Assembly: GCA_000146045.2 (NCBI GenBank)
Contig: BK006943.2
Coordinates: 256,001-320,000 of the forward strand
DNA: 64,000 bases
Source: TPA_inf: Saccharomyces
Lineage: Eukaryota
Direction: 5' to 3'
Below the pieces are notes generated by a model that saw only the letters and a list, made by a program, of their open reading frames with translations, did not search any database and was not told the origin of the DNA. The translations under genes were made by a program, and so were the position numbers. Of the stretch, positions 9,926 through 21,800 are shown one piece after another. The first letter of the stretch is position 1; each line of letters begins with the position of its first letter.

Positions 9926-12415
9926 ATGGCCAAGAGGAAATATGGCAGGTCTTATTCCCTCGATGATACAGATTCCTGCAGCAATAAAGTCCTGATAGTA
10001 CCAACCGGTCAAAGCTCCTCTAACGCAATCACTGATTTCTCTGTCAGAAAGGCGCATGCTTGCGATAGATGCAGACTGAAAAAAATCAAGTGTGACGGTT
10101 TAAAACCGAACTGTTCAAACTGTGCGAAAATTGACTTCCCTTGCAAAACCTCGGATAAACTGTCGAGGAGAGGTCTTCCAAAGGGGTATACAGAACTACT
10201 AGAAAAAGAGGTCGTCCGTTTGACAAATATGAATGCGAGTTCCAGCGCCAATGCAAATTCTAATTTGCCGTTCATTAATGATACATTTTATTGTTTTGAT
10301 AATTACAACACTCAGTCTGAAAATCAAAGGTTTTTGGGACATTTGACATGGAATATTCTAACTAATACTTTTCCTACTCAAAAAGCAGTAGTTTTTACAG
10401 ACGATCGAAATAATATTGATCTACAACTGCAACTGTTAACAAATTTTTTGAACCTGAATGGTGACTTTAATCATCTCCCAAATTTTCTTTTACTTAAATA
10501 TGATTATAACCTTCAGTTTTTGAAAAATTTGTTGTCTGTCATTATTAAAGATTTTTTTAAAAGGCAAAATTCTTTGCTACTTCTATTATACCCTACAAAT
10601 TTATGGAAAAATTTGCTATTAGACAAGATTAATTCAACCGCAATGACAGGTGAACCCATAACTCTACTGGCGTTACTTTATATTATTCAATTTACTTGGT
10701 CTTGTTTTGATGATTTCAAGCTTTTTAAAGTCACGAAGCTTATTGTTTCTCTGACAACAAACAGCAAATTAGACTTGAAAGTTTTGCAATTGGTTAACTT
10801 ATCCATCTTTTATTTTATGGGCGCCTCTGTTGACTCTTGTAAAAGTAAAAGCTCGTTAACAGAACATTCAAATGTAAATTCAGTAATATGGACCAATGAT
10901 TTGCTAAACCTAAACTTTACAAATATTTTGAATATGGGATTGTACATAAATCCCAAAAATTTAATTCCTATATCAGGCAACAATAATAATAATAAATCTA
11001 ATGAAGAGGATGATAGAATAGTGACATTTTGGTGCTTTCAATTCTTAAGCTCATGGTGGTCCTTAATTCAAGGTTTACCAAAGTCCAACTTTTTAACTGA
11101 AGAATTTCAACCGAAATCAATCTCGGTTCTAGAAATCCCCAGGCTGAAGCCCTTTGAAATTTTGTTAAACTTCATCATATATTCTTTGGATGGATGTAAT
11201 TTGTTGAATATCTCATCTTTAAATGTTTCGGACCCAAATTTCCAATTTTTCCAGAATGAACTGGAAAGCTTTAAAAAAAATTTATTACTGTGGAACCTTT
11301 ATCACAATTTGAGTGATCACGATAACTTCCGATTCTTAACATCCAGTTCAAATAAAAAACTAACAACAAATTTACTACTTAAGAATTTGACGGGTCTAAA
11401 TCACAAACTCAATCAACCTGATTTTGTGGAGATTCAATTAACTTTATTTTACTTGAGTTTAAAATTAATGACTTTAAAGGAAGGGGACCAAGATTTGAAG
11501 AAAGAGGATATCTCGTTAGAGATATTGTCCCTATATTTTTTAATTCTTACAGATGACTCTAATAATGATGATAATCAACAGTTACAACCACAGCAACTAA
11601 ATCTCTACCATTTTACGCCCTTCAATAGTATTGACATTATTGACTTATGTTTAAACAATTTAAACAATTGGTCATTATCACTTAAATACGAAAGTGGTCA
11701 AAACCAGCCCCACTCAAGTAAAATAAAGTTTGAAAAATTTCAAAACTTTTTAAATCACTGGTGTCCAATATGGTACTATGATGAATTTTCCACAAACCCT
11801 TTTTTACAAATCCTCAAAATCAATTTCAAATTACTTCCTTTTGAGACAATCCATTACTCACAAGAAGAGCAACGATTGTTAATAAGTTTGAATAAATTGA
11901 GATATTTGGATGCCGTATCGAGCTTTAATTCAAGTTCAGTCAAGTCGAATTTCGCGTCTAAGGTCAATACCCAGCTAAACCTTTTGCAACACTCGAGTTC
12001 TAACTCCAATTTCCTAGATGCGTCACCATACGATTTTAATAAAATTTTTATGAACAACTTTGAAAACTATGACTACGAAACAGATGAAGGATATGCGGAA
12101 GATGATGATGAAGAGGATAGTGACAGTGACAATAGCTTACCACTAGAAATTCCTTTTAAAAAAAGTAAAAATAAATGCAAGAATAGGAATAAAGAGCTTT
12201 CACAAAGGTTATCCCTATTTGAAAACAGAGATAGCAATTCGGTAGATTTCAACACAGATACAAATTTAAATTTAAACCCTGATTCGCCATCAGTTACGTC
12301 TTCTAAGAAAAAATATTTAGATCATATTATTTTAGATAACCGAGACATCGTTAGCAACCATGACTCCAGTAAACAAAAATTCAAGATCCAGAATATTTTG
12401 AACTCGACCTTCTAA
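9926..12415 (+). CDS. SIP4: Sip4 Zn2Cys6 zinc-cluster transcription activator of gluconeogenic, CSRE-driven genes. 829 aa.
   Basis: A Zn2Cys6 motif [28 protein letters not shown] lies near the N-terminus. Length is 829 aa. There is an Asn-rich activation region and an acidic C-terminus. Confidence 0.92.
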
Positions 12416-12484
12416 CATTACGCTCCTTCGTATTACTCATTCAGCTCTTCCTCTGATAGCAGTGAATTTTCGAGGGTCACGTCG

Positions 12485-12491
12485 TGACTCA
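12485..12491. promoter_or_regulatory. Gcn4 (general amino-acid control) site TGACTCA, about 310 bp upstream of the ARG3 ATG.
   Basis: Exact 7-mer tgactca in the string cacgtcgtgactcatatg. ARG3 is a known Gcn4 target. Confidence 0.6.
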
Positions 12492-12673
12492 TATGCTTTC
12501 TTGTTCCGTTTCGTTTCGAGATGACAAAAAACTGGTCATTTTTTCCGTTAAGTGCAACTCACAGCAGTATCGGCCGCTGAGAAATGCCCGGACAAATTTT
12601 TTTGAGCCGGATTGGTCACCGTTTCTTTCTTCGGCGCGGCTTCCCATTCCCGTCCATCCAAAAAAATCTACCT

Positions 12674-12681
12674 ATATAAAT
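12674..12681 (+). promoter_or_regulatory. TATA box TATATAAA of ARG3, about 120 bp upstream of the ATG.
   Basis: Read directly: cctatataaatcg. Confidence 0.5.
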
Positions 12682-12747
12682 CGACTTTTCACCTCTAAAG
12701 GCAGTTTATTCCTTGTATGTCCTTTAAGTACAGTTAATAACGAGCAA

Positions 12748-12764
12748 TTTTTTTTTTTTTTTTT
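12748..12764. repeat. Poly(dT) tract of 17 T between the ARG3 TATA and the ATG.
   Basis: Homopolymer run read directly. Confidence 0.95.
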
Positions 12765-12798
12765 AGCCATCTACCCATCAACTTGTACACTCGTTACC

Positions 12799-13815
12799 AT
12801 GTCAACCACAGCATCCACGCCTTCATCTTTACGTCATTTGATTTCTATAAAAGATCTTTCTGATGAAGAATTCAGAATCTTAGTACAAAGAGCTCAACAT
12901 TTCAAGAATGTTTTTAAAGCAAATAAAACGAATGATTTCCAATCCAACCATCTGAAACTATTGGGTAGAACTATAGCCTTAATATTTACTAAAAGATCAA
13001 CTAGAACGAGAATTTCGACCGAAGGTGCAGCCACCTTCTTTGGTGCCCAACCGATGTTTTTAGGTAAAGAGGATATTCAGCTTGGTGTCAATGAATCATT
13101 TTACGATACCACCAAGGTTGTATCATCTATGGTTTCATGTATTTTTGCCCGTGTGAACAAACATGAAGACATACTTGCTTTTTGCAAGGATTCCTCTGTA
13201 CCGATCATCAACTCTCTATGTGACAAATTCCACCCTTTGCAAGCAATTTGTGATCTTTTAACAATAATCGAAAACTTCAATATATCTCTAGATGAAGTAA
13301 ATAAGGGAATCAATTCAAAATTGAAGATGGCATGGATTGGTGATGCCAATAATGTCATAAATGATATGTGCATCGCATGTCTGAAATTCGGTATAAGTGT
13401 CAGTATTTCCACTCCCCCCGGTATTGAAATGGATTCCGATATTGTCGATGAAGCAAAGAAAGTTGCTGAGAGAAACGGTGCGACATTTGAATTAACACAC
13501 GACTCTTTAAAGGCCTCCACCAATGCCAATATATTAGTAACCGATACTTTCGTTTCCATGGGTGAAGAATTTGCGAAACAGGCCAAGCTGAAACAATTCA
13601 AAGGTTTTCAAATCAATCAAGAACTTGTCTCTGTGGCTGATCCAAACTACAAATTTATGCATTGTCTGCCAAGACATCAAGAAGAAGTTAGTGATGATGT
13701 CTTTTATGGAGAGCATTCCATAGTCTTTGAAGAAGCAGAAAACAGATTATATGCAGCTATGTCTGCCATTGATATCTTTGTTAATAATAAAGGTAATTTC
13801 AAGGACTTGAAATAA
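12799..13815 (+). CDS. ARG3: Ornithine carbamoyltransferase. 338 aa.
   Basis: Carbamoyl-phosphate binding motif STRTR and ornithine-binding motif HCLP (FMHCLPRHQEE) are present. I start at Met106 of the track ORF (MSTTASTPSSLRHLISIKDL...), giving 338 aa. The upstream in-frame extension contains promoter elements (see findings). Confidence 0.9.
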   Translation: MSTTASTPSSLRHLISIKDLSDEEFRILVQRAQHFKNVFKANKTNDFQSNHLKLLGRTIALIFTKRSTRTRISTEGAATFFGAQPMFLGKEDIQLGVNESFYDTTKVVSSMVSCIFARVNKHEDILAFCKDSSVPIINSLCDKFHPLQAICDLLTIIENFNISLDEVNKGINSKLKMAWIGDANNVINDMCIACLKFGISVSISTPPGIEMDSDIVDEAKKVAERNGATFELTHDSLKASTNANILVTDTFVSMGEEFAKQAKLKQFKGFQINQELVSVADPNYKFMHCLPRHQEEVSDDVFYGEHSIVFEEAENRLYAAMSAIDIFVNNKGNFKDLK

Positions 13816-14001
13816 TCCTTCTTTCGTGTTCTTAATAACTAATATATAAATACAGATATAGATGCATGAATAATGATATACATTGATTATTTTGCAATGT
13901 CAATTAAAAAAAAAAAATGTTAGTAAAACTATGTTACATTCCAAGCAAATAAAGCACTTGGTTAAACGAAATTAACGTTTTTAAGACAGCCAGACCGCGG
14001 T

Positions 14002-16485
14002 CTAAAAATTTAAATATACACTGCCAACAAATTCCTTCGAGTTGTCCAATTTCACCACTTTTATATTTTCATCAACTTCAGCAGATTCAACCTTCTCACA
14101 TAGAACATTGGAATAAACAGCCTTAACACCACTTTCAAGTTTGCACAGCGTAATATGAGGAATTTTGTTTTGACAACACAACCCTTTAATTTTCTCATTG
14201 TTTTCATCAATTATGCATCCATCTTTATCTTTAGACAGTTCCACTACAATAGCAATGATTTTTTCATCCCAACATAGTTTTTCGAGCCTAAAATTCAGTT
14301 TGTCGGTCGTTTTTACCTGCGTATTTTGGTTATTACCAGAGCCTTGTGCATTTTCTATGCGGTTGTTATTGTACTCCGTTATCTGGTCAGTGTATCTGTT
14401 ACAATATGATTTCCACAACTTTTTTGCCTCTTTTTCACGGGACGACATGACATGACCTAATGTTATATGAAGTTCCTTCTGAACTTTTCCACTAGCTAGT
14501 AAATGCTTGAATTTCTCAGTCAGCTCTGCATCGCTAGCAATACACCTCTTGACCAATTCAATAATTTCATCGTAGTTTTCTATTTTAGCTGAGATATATG
14601 TAGGTTTAATTAACTTAGGCGTTTTTTGTTGATTATTGTTGCCTTTACCAACTATTTTTCTCACAGTAGGTTTGTAATCTAAGCTCCTTCTGAACGCTGT
14701 CTCAATTTCATCATCTTTCGGGATCTCTGGTACCAAAATTGGATAAGCTTTATGAATTTCATTGAGGATTTGTTTCGCATTGGTTAATGAAGAGTCTGCT
14801 TGTCCAAAATCTAACTCTATCATTAAATCAAACATATTATCTGGTGATTTGTCTAAATTAACAGGTTGATATCTTTTCAAAAACCCATTCATGATGCCTA
14901 CCACTTTCTTCTCTCCTAATTCGTCCCATTTAATACTTTGGTGATTGTTACCTCTTTTGATTACTCTTTGCAGTGTTATGTCTCTTATTTCCGATAGTTT
15001 GTCATATGGCGCGAATGACACGCCGATTACCTTGATGTTCGTATCATACACCAAATAATCTTCTTTTAGTTCATTCAACCATTCAAATAATTGCTTTCTT
15101 TCGCGGAATTGGTGATTGTTTCTGTCAACTATGACACATTTGATTTCTTTTTTGGATAATAGTTCCAATGATTTTTTCATTAATTGAGATTTATCTTTAC
15201 CTGTAATATCATCATTTTGAATATGACCCCAGCTGTCAGGGAACAAATTCACTAATGTCTGGGAAGTTGTTGTTTTGCCACATCCAATAACTGATATTGG
15301 AAAGATTAAAAATTTAGTGCGTTCGTCTACTTTATCATAATCAATGGCGTTTTTTAATTCCAACTCGGCCACTTTTTCGTGGTTTAAGATTTCCAGCCCA
15401 CTCATGCCATATGATTGTAGAAACTTATTTCTCAATTCAATCACACCAAAACCTTTCAAGTAATTCTCACAGATCTTGGGTGATGACTCCAATATTGGGA
15501 TTGCGAAATCAAGATACTTGTTGGTTATAAATTTATGCTTTCTAAATTTAAACACTCTTGACTTGTTGGAAATATAGTCTTTAGTAACTTCTCTCCACTG
15601 ACGGTACATCAAATACGGTTCTTCAAATTTATACTTGAAAAAAAATGGCTTTTCAGTACTCTTCAAGTGGCACCTGATAACAAAACCTTCAATCTCTTGC
15701 CCTTCAAAAGATCCGGTTGCAGAGCAGTTATCTAGGAACTTTTTCAAATCCTCCAAGGTGTTCGATGTAATGCATTGGACGCACCTGAATCCGTATTTAC
15801 TCGCCATTTGCGAAACATCTTTCATATCCCAAGTTTCAAATTCCGCTTTATTAACATTTACACCATGTAAGTATAGGCCAGCTTTTTCAAGGGGATACTC
15901 TAAGATGTGTTCTTCAAATGAATCATCGCAATATTCTGCCACAGCGGTGACATTATGGGTATATAGCATTCTAGCAAAATCACTTCGATTGATGTTCATT
16001 GCCGCCAGTTGTCTTAAAAGTTGCTTCTCACCTGCTTCTGCATGGTTCCTGTCTACGTCTGCTCTGGGTCCAGTAGAATGCTTCGAACAAACTACCAAGG
16101 TACCATCTTCTAAACCAGATATAAAAATGATACAACCATTGGCTTTTATAGTGACATCGTAAGGCCCTGTACAGTTCTCTTCAATCCAATTCCACTTGGT
16201 AAAGTTGACCTCGCCTACATTGAAAAACTTATCGTATCCTCTAGCAACAATAACTGGATTCGTTGTATCATCGCTAATAAATAAGCCTCTTGCATTACAT
16301 GGCAAAGTGATAGTATTTTTGCCATAATCCCATTCGTTAAATTTCCATGAAATTACTTTCTTATTGCTGTGTGATAAGTCACAAACCCTTCTATAAGCTC
16401 TGCCTCTACCGGATAGTTTTTCTGCCTTTTCTAACTCGTTAACAAGCTGAGTTACTGTTCTTTTACCGTCATATGGGCTAGGCAT
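14002..16485 (-). CDS. TRL1: tRNA ligase Trl1 with ligase, polynucleotide kinase and 2',3'-cyclic phosphodiesterase domains. 827 aa.
   Basis: N-terminal ligase module with KANG lysine-nucleotidyltransferase motif ([10 protein letters not shown]). P-loop GCGKTT in the middle. Two H-x-T-x 2H-phosphoesterase motifs (HITL.. HITL) at the C-terminus. Confidence 0.93.
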
Positions 16486-16826
16486 CGCTTCTTCGTATGA
16501 ATACTTTTATGATCACTAAAGTCAAAGTGTAGATTTTCAAAGAAAGAAAGACTATGCAAATGCGTAAAATTTGCTCGAAGCAATTCTCAACAGAATGGAA
16601 TGAATTAGATGCTCTTCTGTATACTTTCTTTGGGATAAACTCATAGTGAAATTTTATCAATGGAAAAGTACGCGGCCGGCCCGCTGGAACATAAAGATAA
16701 TTTACTGAAACAGTGTGCTTAAACGTATTTGAAAACCAAGGTGAATGTACCCTTAAAGTGCTGGCAGTGAATAGCAAAGGTCCATTAAAGTGTTCTGGTT
16801 TTATAATATCAAAAGCATTTATAGAA

Positions 16827-18698
16827 ATGCCCGCTGAAATTGACATTGATGAAGCTGACGTATTAGTTTTATCACAGGAGTTACAAAAGACAAGTAAACT
16901 CACTTTCGAAATCAATAAATCTTTGAAAAAAATTGCAGCTACATCCAATCAATCCAGTCAACTCTTCACTCCTATTCTTGCTAGAAATAATGTTTTAACC
17001 ACATTACAAAGAAATATTGAAAGTACATTGAATTCCGTTGCCTCAGTTAAGGATCTAGCAAACGAAGCTTCCAAGTATGAGATCATTTTACAAAAGGGTA
17101 TTAATCAAGTCGGTTTAAAGCAATACACCCAAGTAGTACATAAGCTAGATGATATGTTGGAAGACATTCAGTCTGGACAAGCCAATCGAGAAGAAAACTC
17201 AGAATTCCATGGGATTTTAACTCACTTGGAACAATTGATCAAACGTAGCGAGGCTCAACTAAGAGTATATTTTATTTCAATTTTGAACAGTATTAAACCG
17301 TTTGATCCACAAATCAATATCACCAAAAAGATGCCATTTCCATACTACGAGGACCAGCAGTTAGGCGCTTTATCGTGGATTTTAGATTATTTTCATGGAA
17401 ATTCAGAAGGTTCTATTATACAGGACATACTCGTCGGTGAAAGGAGTAAATTAATCCTCAAGTGCATGGCATTCCTTGAACCTTTTGCCAAAGAAATCAG
17501 CACTGCAAAAAACGCCCCGTATGAGAAGGGCAGTAGCGGGATGAACAGCTACACGGAGGCCTTATTAGGCTTCATCGCCAATGAAAAATCACTAGTAGAC
17601 GACCTCTACTCTCAATATACAGAAAGTAAACCCCACGTCTTGTCACAGATCTTGTCGCCTTTAATTAGCGCATATGCTAAGCTTTTCGGTGCAAATTTGA
17701 AAATTGTACGAAGCAACCTCGAGAACTTTGGATTCTTTAGTTTTGAGCTAGTGGAAAGCATAAATGATGTGAAAAAATCTCTTCGAGGCAAGGAACTACA
17801 AAACTATAATTTATTGCAAGATTGTACGCAAGAAGTACGTCAAGTAACACAGTCATTATTCAGAGATGCCATTGATAGGATTATCAAAAAGGCAAATTCT
17901 ATTTCTACTATTCCTTCCAATAATGGTGTCACTGAAGCAACTGTAGATACCATGTCAAGACTAAGAAAGTTCAGTGAGTACAAAAACGGATGTTTAGGCG
18001 CCATGGACAATATCACACGTGAAAATTGGTTACCATCCAATTATAAGGAGAAAGAATACACTTTGCAAAACGAGGCTTTAAATTGGGAAGATCATAATGT
18101 ATTACTATCATGTTTTATAAGTGATTGCATAGACACTTTGGCAGTTAATCTTGAGAGAAAGGCACAAATAGCACTGATGCCTAACCAAGAGCCAGATGTG
18201 GCTAATCCTAATAGCTCTAAAAATAAGCACAAGCAACGTATTGGATTCTTCATTTTAATGAACCTGACGCTTGTTGAGCAGATCGTGGAAAAGTCAGAAT
18301 TAAACTTAATGTTAGCTGGAGAAGGTCACTCCAGATTGGAACGGCTGAAGAAACGTTATATTAGTTATATGGTATCAGATTGGAGAGATTTAACTGCAAA
18401 TTTGATGGATTCTGTGTTTATTGATAGTAGCGGGAAGAAGTCAAAAGACAAAGAACAAATAAAGGAGAAATTTAGAAAATTCAATGAAGGATTCGAAGAT
18501 TTAGTATCAAAAACAAAACAGTATAAGCTTTCAGATCCATCATTGAAAGTAACTTTGAAGTCAGAAATAATATCGTTGGTTATGCCCATGTATGAAAGAT
18601 TCTACAGTAGATATAAAGACTCTTTCAAGAATCCTAGAAAGCATATCAAATATACCCCTGACGAACTAACTACTGTTCTTAACCAATTAGTGAGATAG
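16827..18698 (+). CDS. EXO70: Exocyst subunit Exo70. 623 aa.
   Basis: I start at internal Met39 of the track ORF (MPAEIDIDEADVLVLSQELQKTSKLTFEINKSLKKIAATSNQSSQLF...), giving 623 aa. It is a helical-bundle protein. The 38-codon upstream extension lies in the divergent promoter. Confidence 0.85.
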   Translation: MPAEIDIDEADVLVLSQELQKTSKLTFEINKSLKKIAATSNQSSQLFTPILARNNVLTTLQRNIESTLNSVASVKDLANEASKYEIILQKGINQVGLKQYTQVVHKLDDMLEDIQSGQANREENSEFHGILTHLEQLIKRSEAQLRVYFISILNSIKPFDPQINITKKMPFPYYEDQQLGALSWILDYFHGNSEGSIIQDILVGERSKLILKCMAFLEPFAKEISTAKNAPYEKGSSGMNSYTEALLGFIANEKSLVDDLYSQYTESKPHVLSQILSPLISAYAKLFGANLKIVRSNLENFGFFSFELVESINDVKKSLRGKELQNYNLLQDCTQEVRQVTQSLFRDAIDRIIKKANSISTIPSNNGVTEATVDTMSRLRKFSEYKNGCLGAMDNITRENWLPSNYKEKEYTLQNEALNWEDHNVLLSCFISDCIDTLAVNLERKAQIALMPNQEPDVANPNSSKNKHKQRIGFFILMNLTLVEQIVEKSELNLMLAGEGHSRLERLKKRYISYMVSDWRDLTANLMDSVFIDSSGKKSKDKEQIKEKFRKFNEGFEDLVSKTKQYKLSDPSLKVTLKSEIISLVMPMYERFYSRYKDSFKNPRKHIKYTPDELTTVLNQLVR

Positions 18699-18861
18699 AT
18701 TGCGAACATCACTTTTCAAAAAGCAAAATTAAAGAAAAGAACGTACCATAAACAGATATAAACATATATATGTATAACAATTAGAGTTTCTAATATTTTA
18801 TGTTTGCTCTGGACGCCAGATGTAAGAACAGGAAGGGATGACGTAGGAACCTTGTGCTAGA

Positions 18862-21800
18862 CTAAAGGGTACTCTCATTTATACTTTGTAATCCAGATTC
18901 ATTATCTAACGTATTAATCAGTACTTTCTCGGGTGAAGAAAGTCTTGAAATAAATCTTTCCTCGGAATCAGAATTCTTAGAGCTTTCCGTTAATCCTGAG
19001 CCCTGTGTGAAAATGTCATTATTATGATCTGATTCGGCAGAATTTTGTGCATTAGCTGCATTCAAGAAATTCTCGTTACTTCCCAAAAGTGGAGAAAACT
19101 GATTGTTATCGTTATCGTTTTGTAAAGGATGCCAAGCAGAGGAATTTCTAGCGTACGGCGCAGTGATATCAATCGTAGTATCTACTGAGGGTTCAAGTAG
19201 ATCAACGTATGAATCATTAGGCCTTAAAAAGGAGTCTTCATTAACTTTATTAGTCAACGTTTCCGTTTTACTCAGTAATGGTTCCATGTTCAACTTGTCC
19301 TTGCTTATATTAATTCCTGAATAGTCAAAAGAGGATCTAGCTGAGGCGGGGGTGCTCGAAGTATTTGTAGAATGTCGATTTAGTTCATTTTTATCATGAT
19401 TTTTAAGTTCGTCTTCTATTAAAACTTGATTTAAATCTGTGAAAAAAGGATTATCGTGTCTTATTGTGGACGGTAAATTATCTTGAACACTTTCCCTTCT
19501 ATTCAATGATCTTAATGATTCATTGCTCAGATTTCCTAAAGCTGAATGCGCAAATCCGCTATTATTTGGTGAGCTATGTAATGAAGACGATAGGCTTAAT
19601 ACTCTTTTTCTGTTCTTTTCGTTACTTTGATTCCCAGTGGATGTCGAGTCTTTGCTTTCCTCGCGTTGTGGGGTTGATAAACTTTTCACGTCCCTATTTT
19701 CTCTCTTTTTAGGAGTTGTCTCTCTTTTGTGTTTATTTTCTTCTATCTTTGACATCGATTCTTTTTTATTCAAAGTTTCTGAAGAATTCTTATCCGAATT
19801 TTTATTTGGATGGGAAGCTTTTAAACTTGGAGGCGTCGGATGTTTGGAATTAGGCCTCCTTTTTTGATTGTTGTCATGCAACACAGTATCCTTATAAGAT
19901 GGTGGATCCCGTGGTAAGATGCTCGACTCTGATGAAGATACCTCAGTAGTAGTGGTTCCGGAAGCAGCATCAGATATGAAATCGGAAGAAAAGTCAAAAT
20001 CTGGCGGAGGCACTTCCATATTTGACATTGGCGATGTTATTGGAGAGAGCGGGATTGCCTGGGGTGATGCTAATTCTCTTTGCAAACTCTCCGGTTGATA
20101 TATGTTGGATTTCAACTTTGCAGAATTGAAGATGGTATTATCACTCGGATGGGATTTTGAGTTCCTATTGAATTGCCTAGAGTTTCTGGTCAATGAAGTG
20201 GAAGGTAAATGTGGGATTAAAATGTCTAATGGTTGGACATTGGGCGAAAGTACTGGAGACGAAAGGACTTCCTTGGGAAAGAAAATATTAGAGTTATGGT
20301 ATAGATTTATATTGTCATCAGACGATTCCAATATTGAGGAAATTGAGGAATCTGTTTCTTTTGGAAAAGAAGCAGGATGTCCATCATAGCTCGGTAAAAG
20401 GGTATTTGCATGCGAGCACAATCTATGTAAAACATGTATTGGCGAGTCAATACTAATTTCGTAATGTTTCCTTTTATTATCTACTACTCTAGACAGTCTC
20501 AGGCAAATTTTAATCCAATGGTTTGCTTTGATGTTTTCATAAGAAGTATCTGGATGCAATTGCTGATGGTTGTTGAAACGACTCGGAATAAAAATCTGGT
20601 ACTCATACTCTTTATTCACTAAATCACCATTCTTTGGATCCTGCAACAGGTTCCCCATATTCTTGGCCTTTGACAAATTTGCATCATTGGGCAAGTTCGG
20701 TAATTTAGGACCTTTCTGTTCTGTCAATAAAAATTTCTTGGTGGGCTCCATCCTATGAACCTTCTTTTCTCTACAATAATACTCCATTGTCTCTGTCACA
20801 TAAATTCTTATTCTATGCAACGTAACTTTATCGAGGGGAGCGAATTTGAACGTGATAGGCAGAAAAGCATCTAAAATAATATCCTTTGATGCTATAACGA
20901 TATCATAATATAATTGGTTTTCCCAATCTCTAGATATGATAATCGGCTCACTTTCTTCCACAGAATTATGAGCCTGTGTCCGTACGATATTAACCACTTG
21001 CCGGGCGCTAATGTTTGATTTAAAGGCACCAGGTCTCTCTATACTGGCAAATAAGAAGTATTCCACAAATCCGAAATCAGCTTTAATAGATTCTGGGTAT
21101 GCTTGAGGAATTAGTTCTTCGAAAGCATAAATATAGTCGCCTGGTTGAAAGACAAAAAATTCTCCTCCAGACCCGCTGGTGAAGTTGTTGCTTGTCATTG
21201 CCAGATGATTGCTACTGGTGGGGATATGATGACCATGATGCGATGCTGCATCATTATGGGTAAAGGTGTTATTCAACAAGTCGGAAAAGATGGAAGTGGT
21301 CGTAGGTTTATAGTTGTGGTGAGACACGGAAGGAGACGTGGCTCTCTTCAATAAATTTATCGGGGATAGGTTTCTTGATGGTCCATTGGAAGAAGTGACT
21401 GACGAAGATCTAGATCTTTGTCTACTTTCTCTGTCTTTTACGTTGACAGAGGAATTTCCAGGTGCACCTAGAGGTGACAAGTTCAACGAGGACAAACCTG
21501 ATATAGAATTTTTTCTGCTTGTTATAGTTTCATTATCAGACAGTGTTCTATAAAGAGAGGCACCACTTTCCTTCGTCAAAAAATTATTAGCTGCATTGTT
21601 GCTCTCATTAGGTGCGGAAGCATCCATCTTTTTCTTGCTCTTCTGTTCAGTTGGCGGATATAGAGCCCATGTATGGTCTACAATATCTTTGATTTCCACG
21701 AATTCTTGTCTTTTAGGAGGGATACCTTCAGGCCATTCAGTTCTAGAATATCCTTTGAACGAAAGACTTATGCTTTTCAGCTTTGTGGGTTTCAGTATTC

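Noticed and set aside
12484-12798. 105-codon in-frame N-terminal extension of ARG3 in the ORF track (MTHMLSCSVSF…FFFFFLAIYPST…).
   Set aside because: It contains the Gcn4 site, the TATA box and a T17 run translated as FFFFF. Ornithine carbamoyltransferases begin near the STRTR region at about 50 aa from the true start. The 338-aa reading from 12799 matches the known protein.
16713-16826. Upstream extensions of EXO70 (38 codons), JEM1 (47028-47180, 51 codons), GWT1 (6553-6576), ARP4 (29272-29286), NET1 (39233-39244) and MPM1 (58873-58941).
   Set aside because: These are chance open frames in promoter or leader DNA. The internal Met gives the known protein length. For JEM1 the signal peptide must be N-terminal.
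16478-16948. 156-aa minus-strand ORF spanning the TRL1 start, the TRL1/EXO70 promoter and the EXO70 start.
   Set aside because: It overlaps two verified genes and their promoter, has a low-complexity product and no recognisable domain. It corresponds to a dubious-ORF-type annotation (YJL086C-like).
20434-20460. GTATGT and TACTAAT strings suggesting an intron.
   Set aside because: They fall inside the continuous ALY2 reading frame on the opposite strand. None of the genes here shows a frame break requiring splicing.
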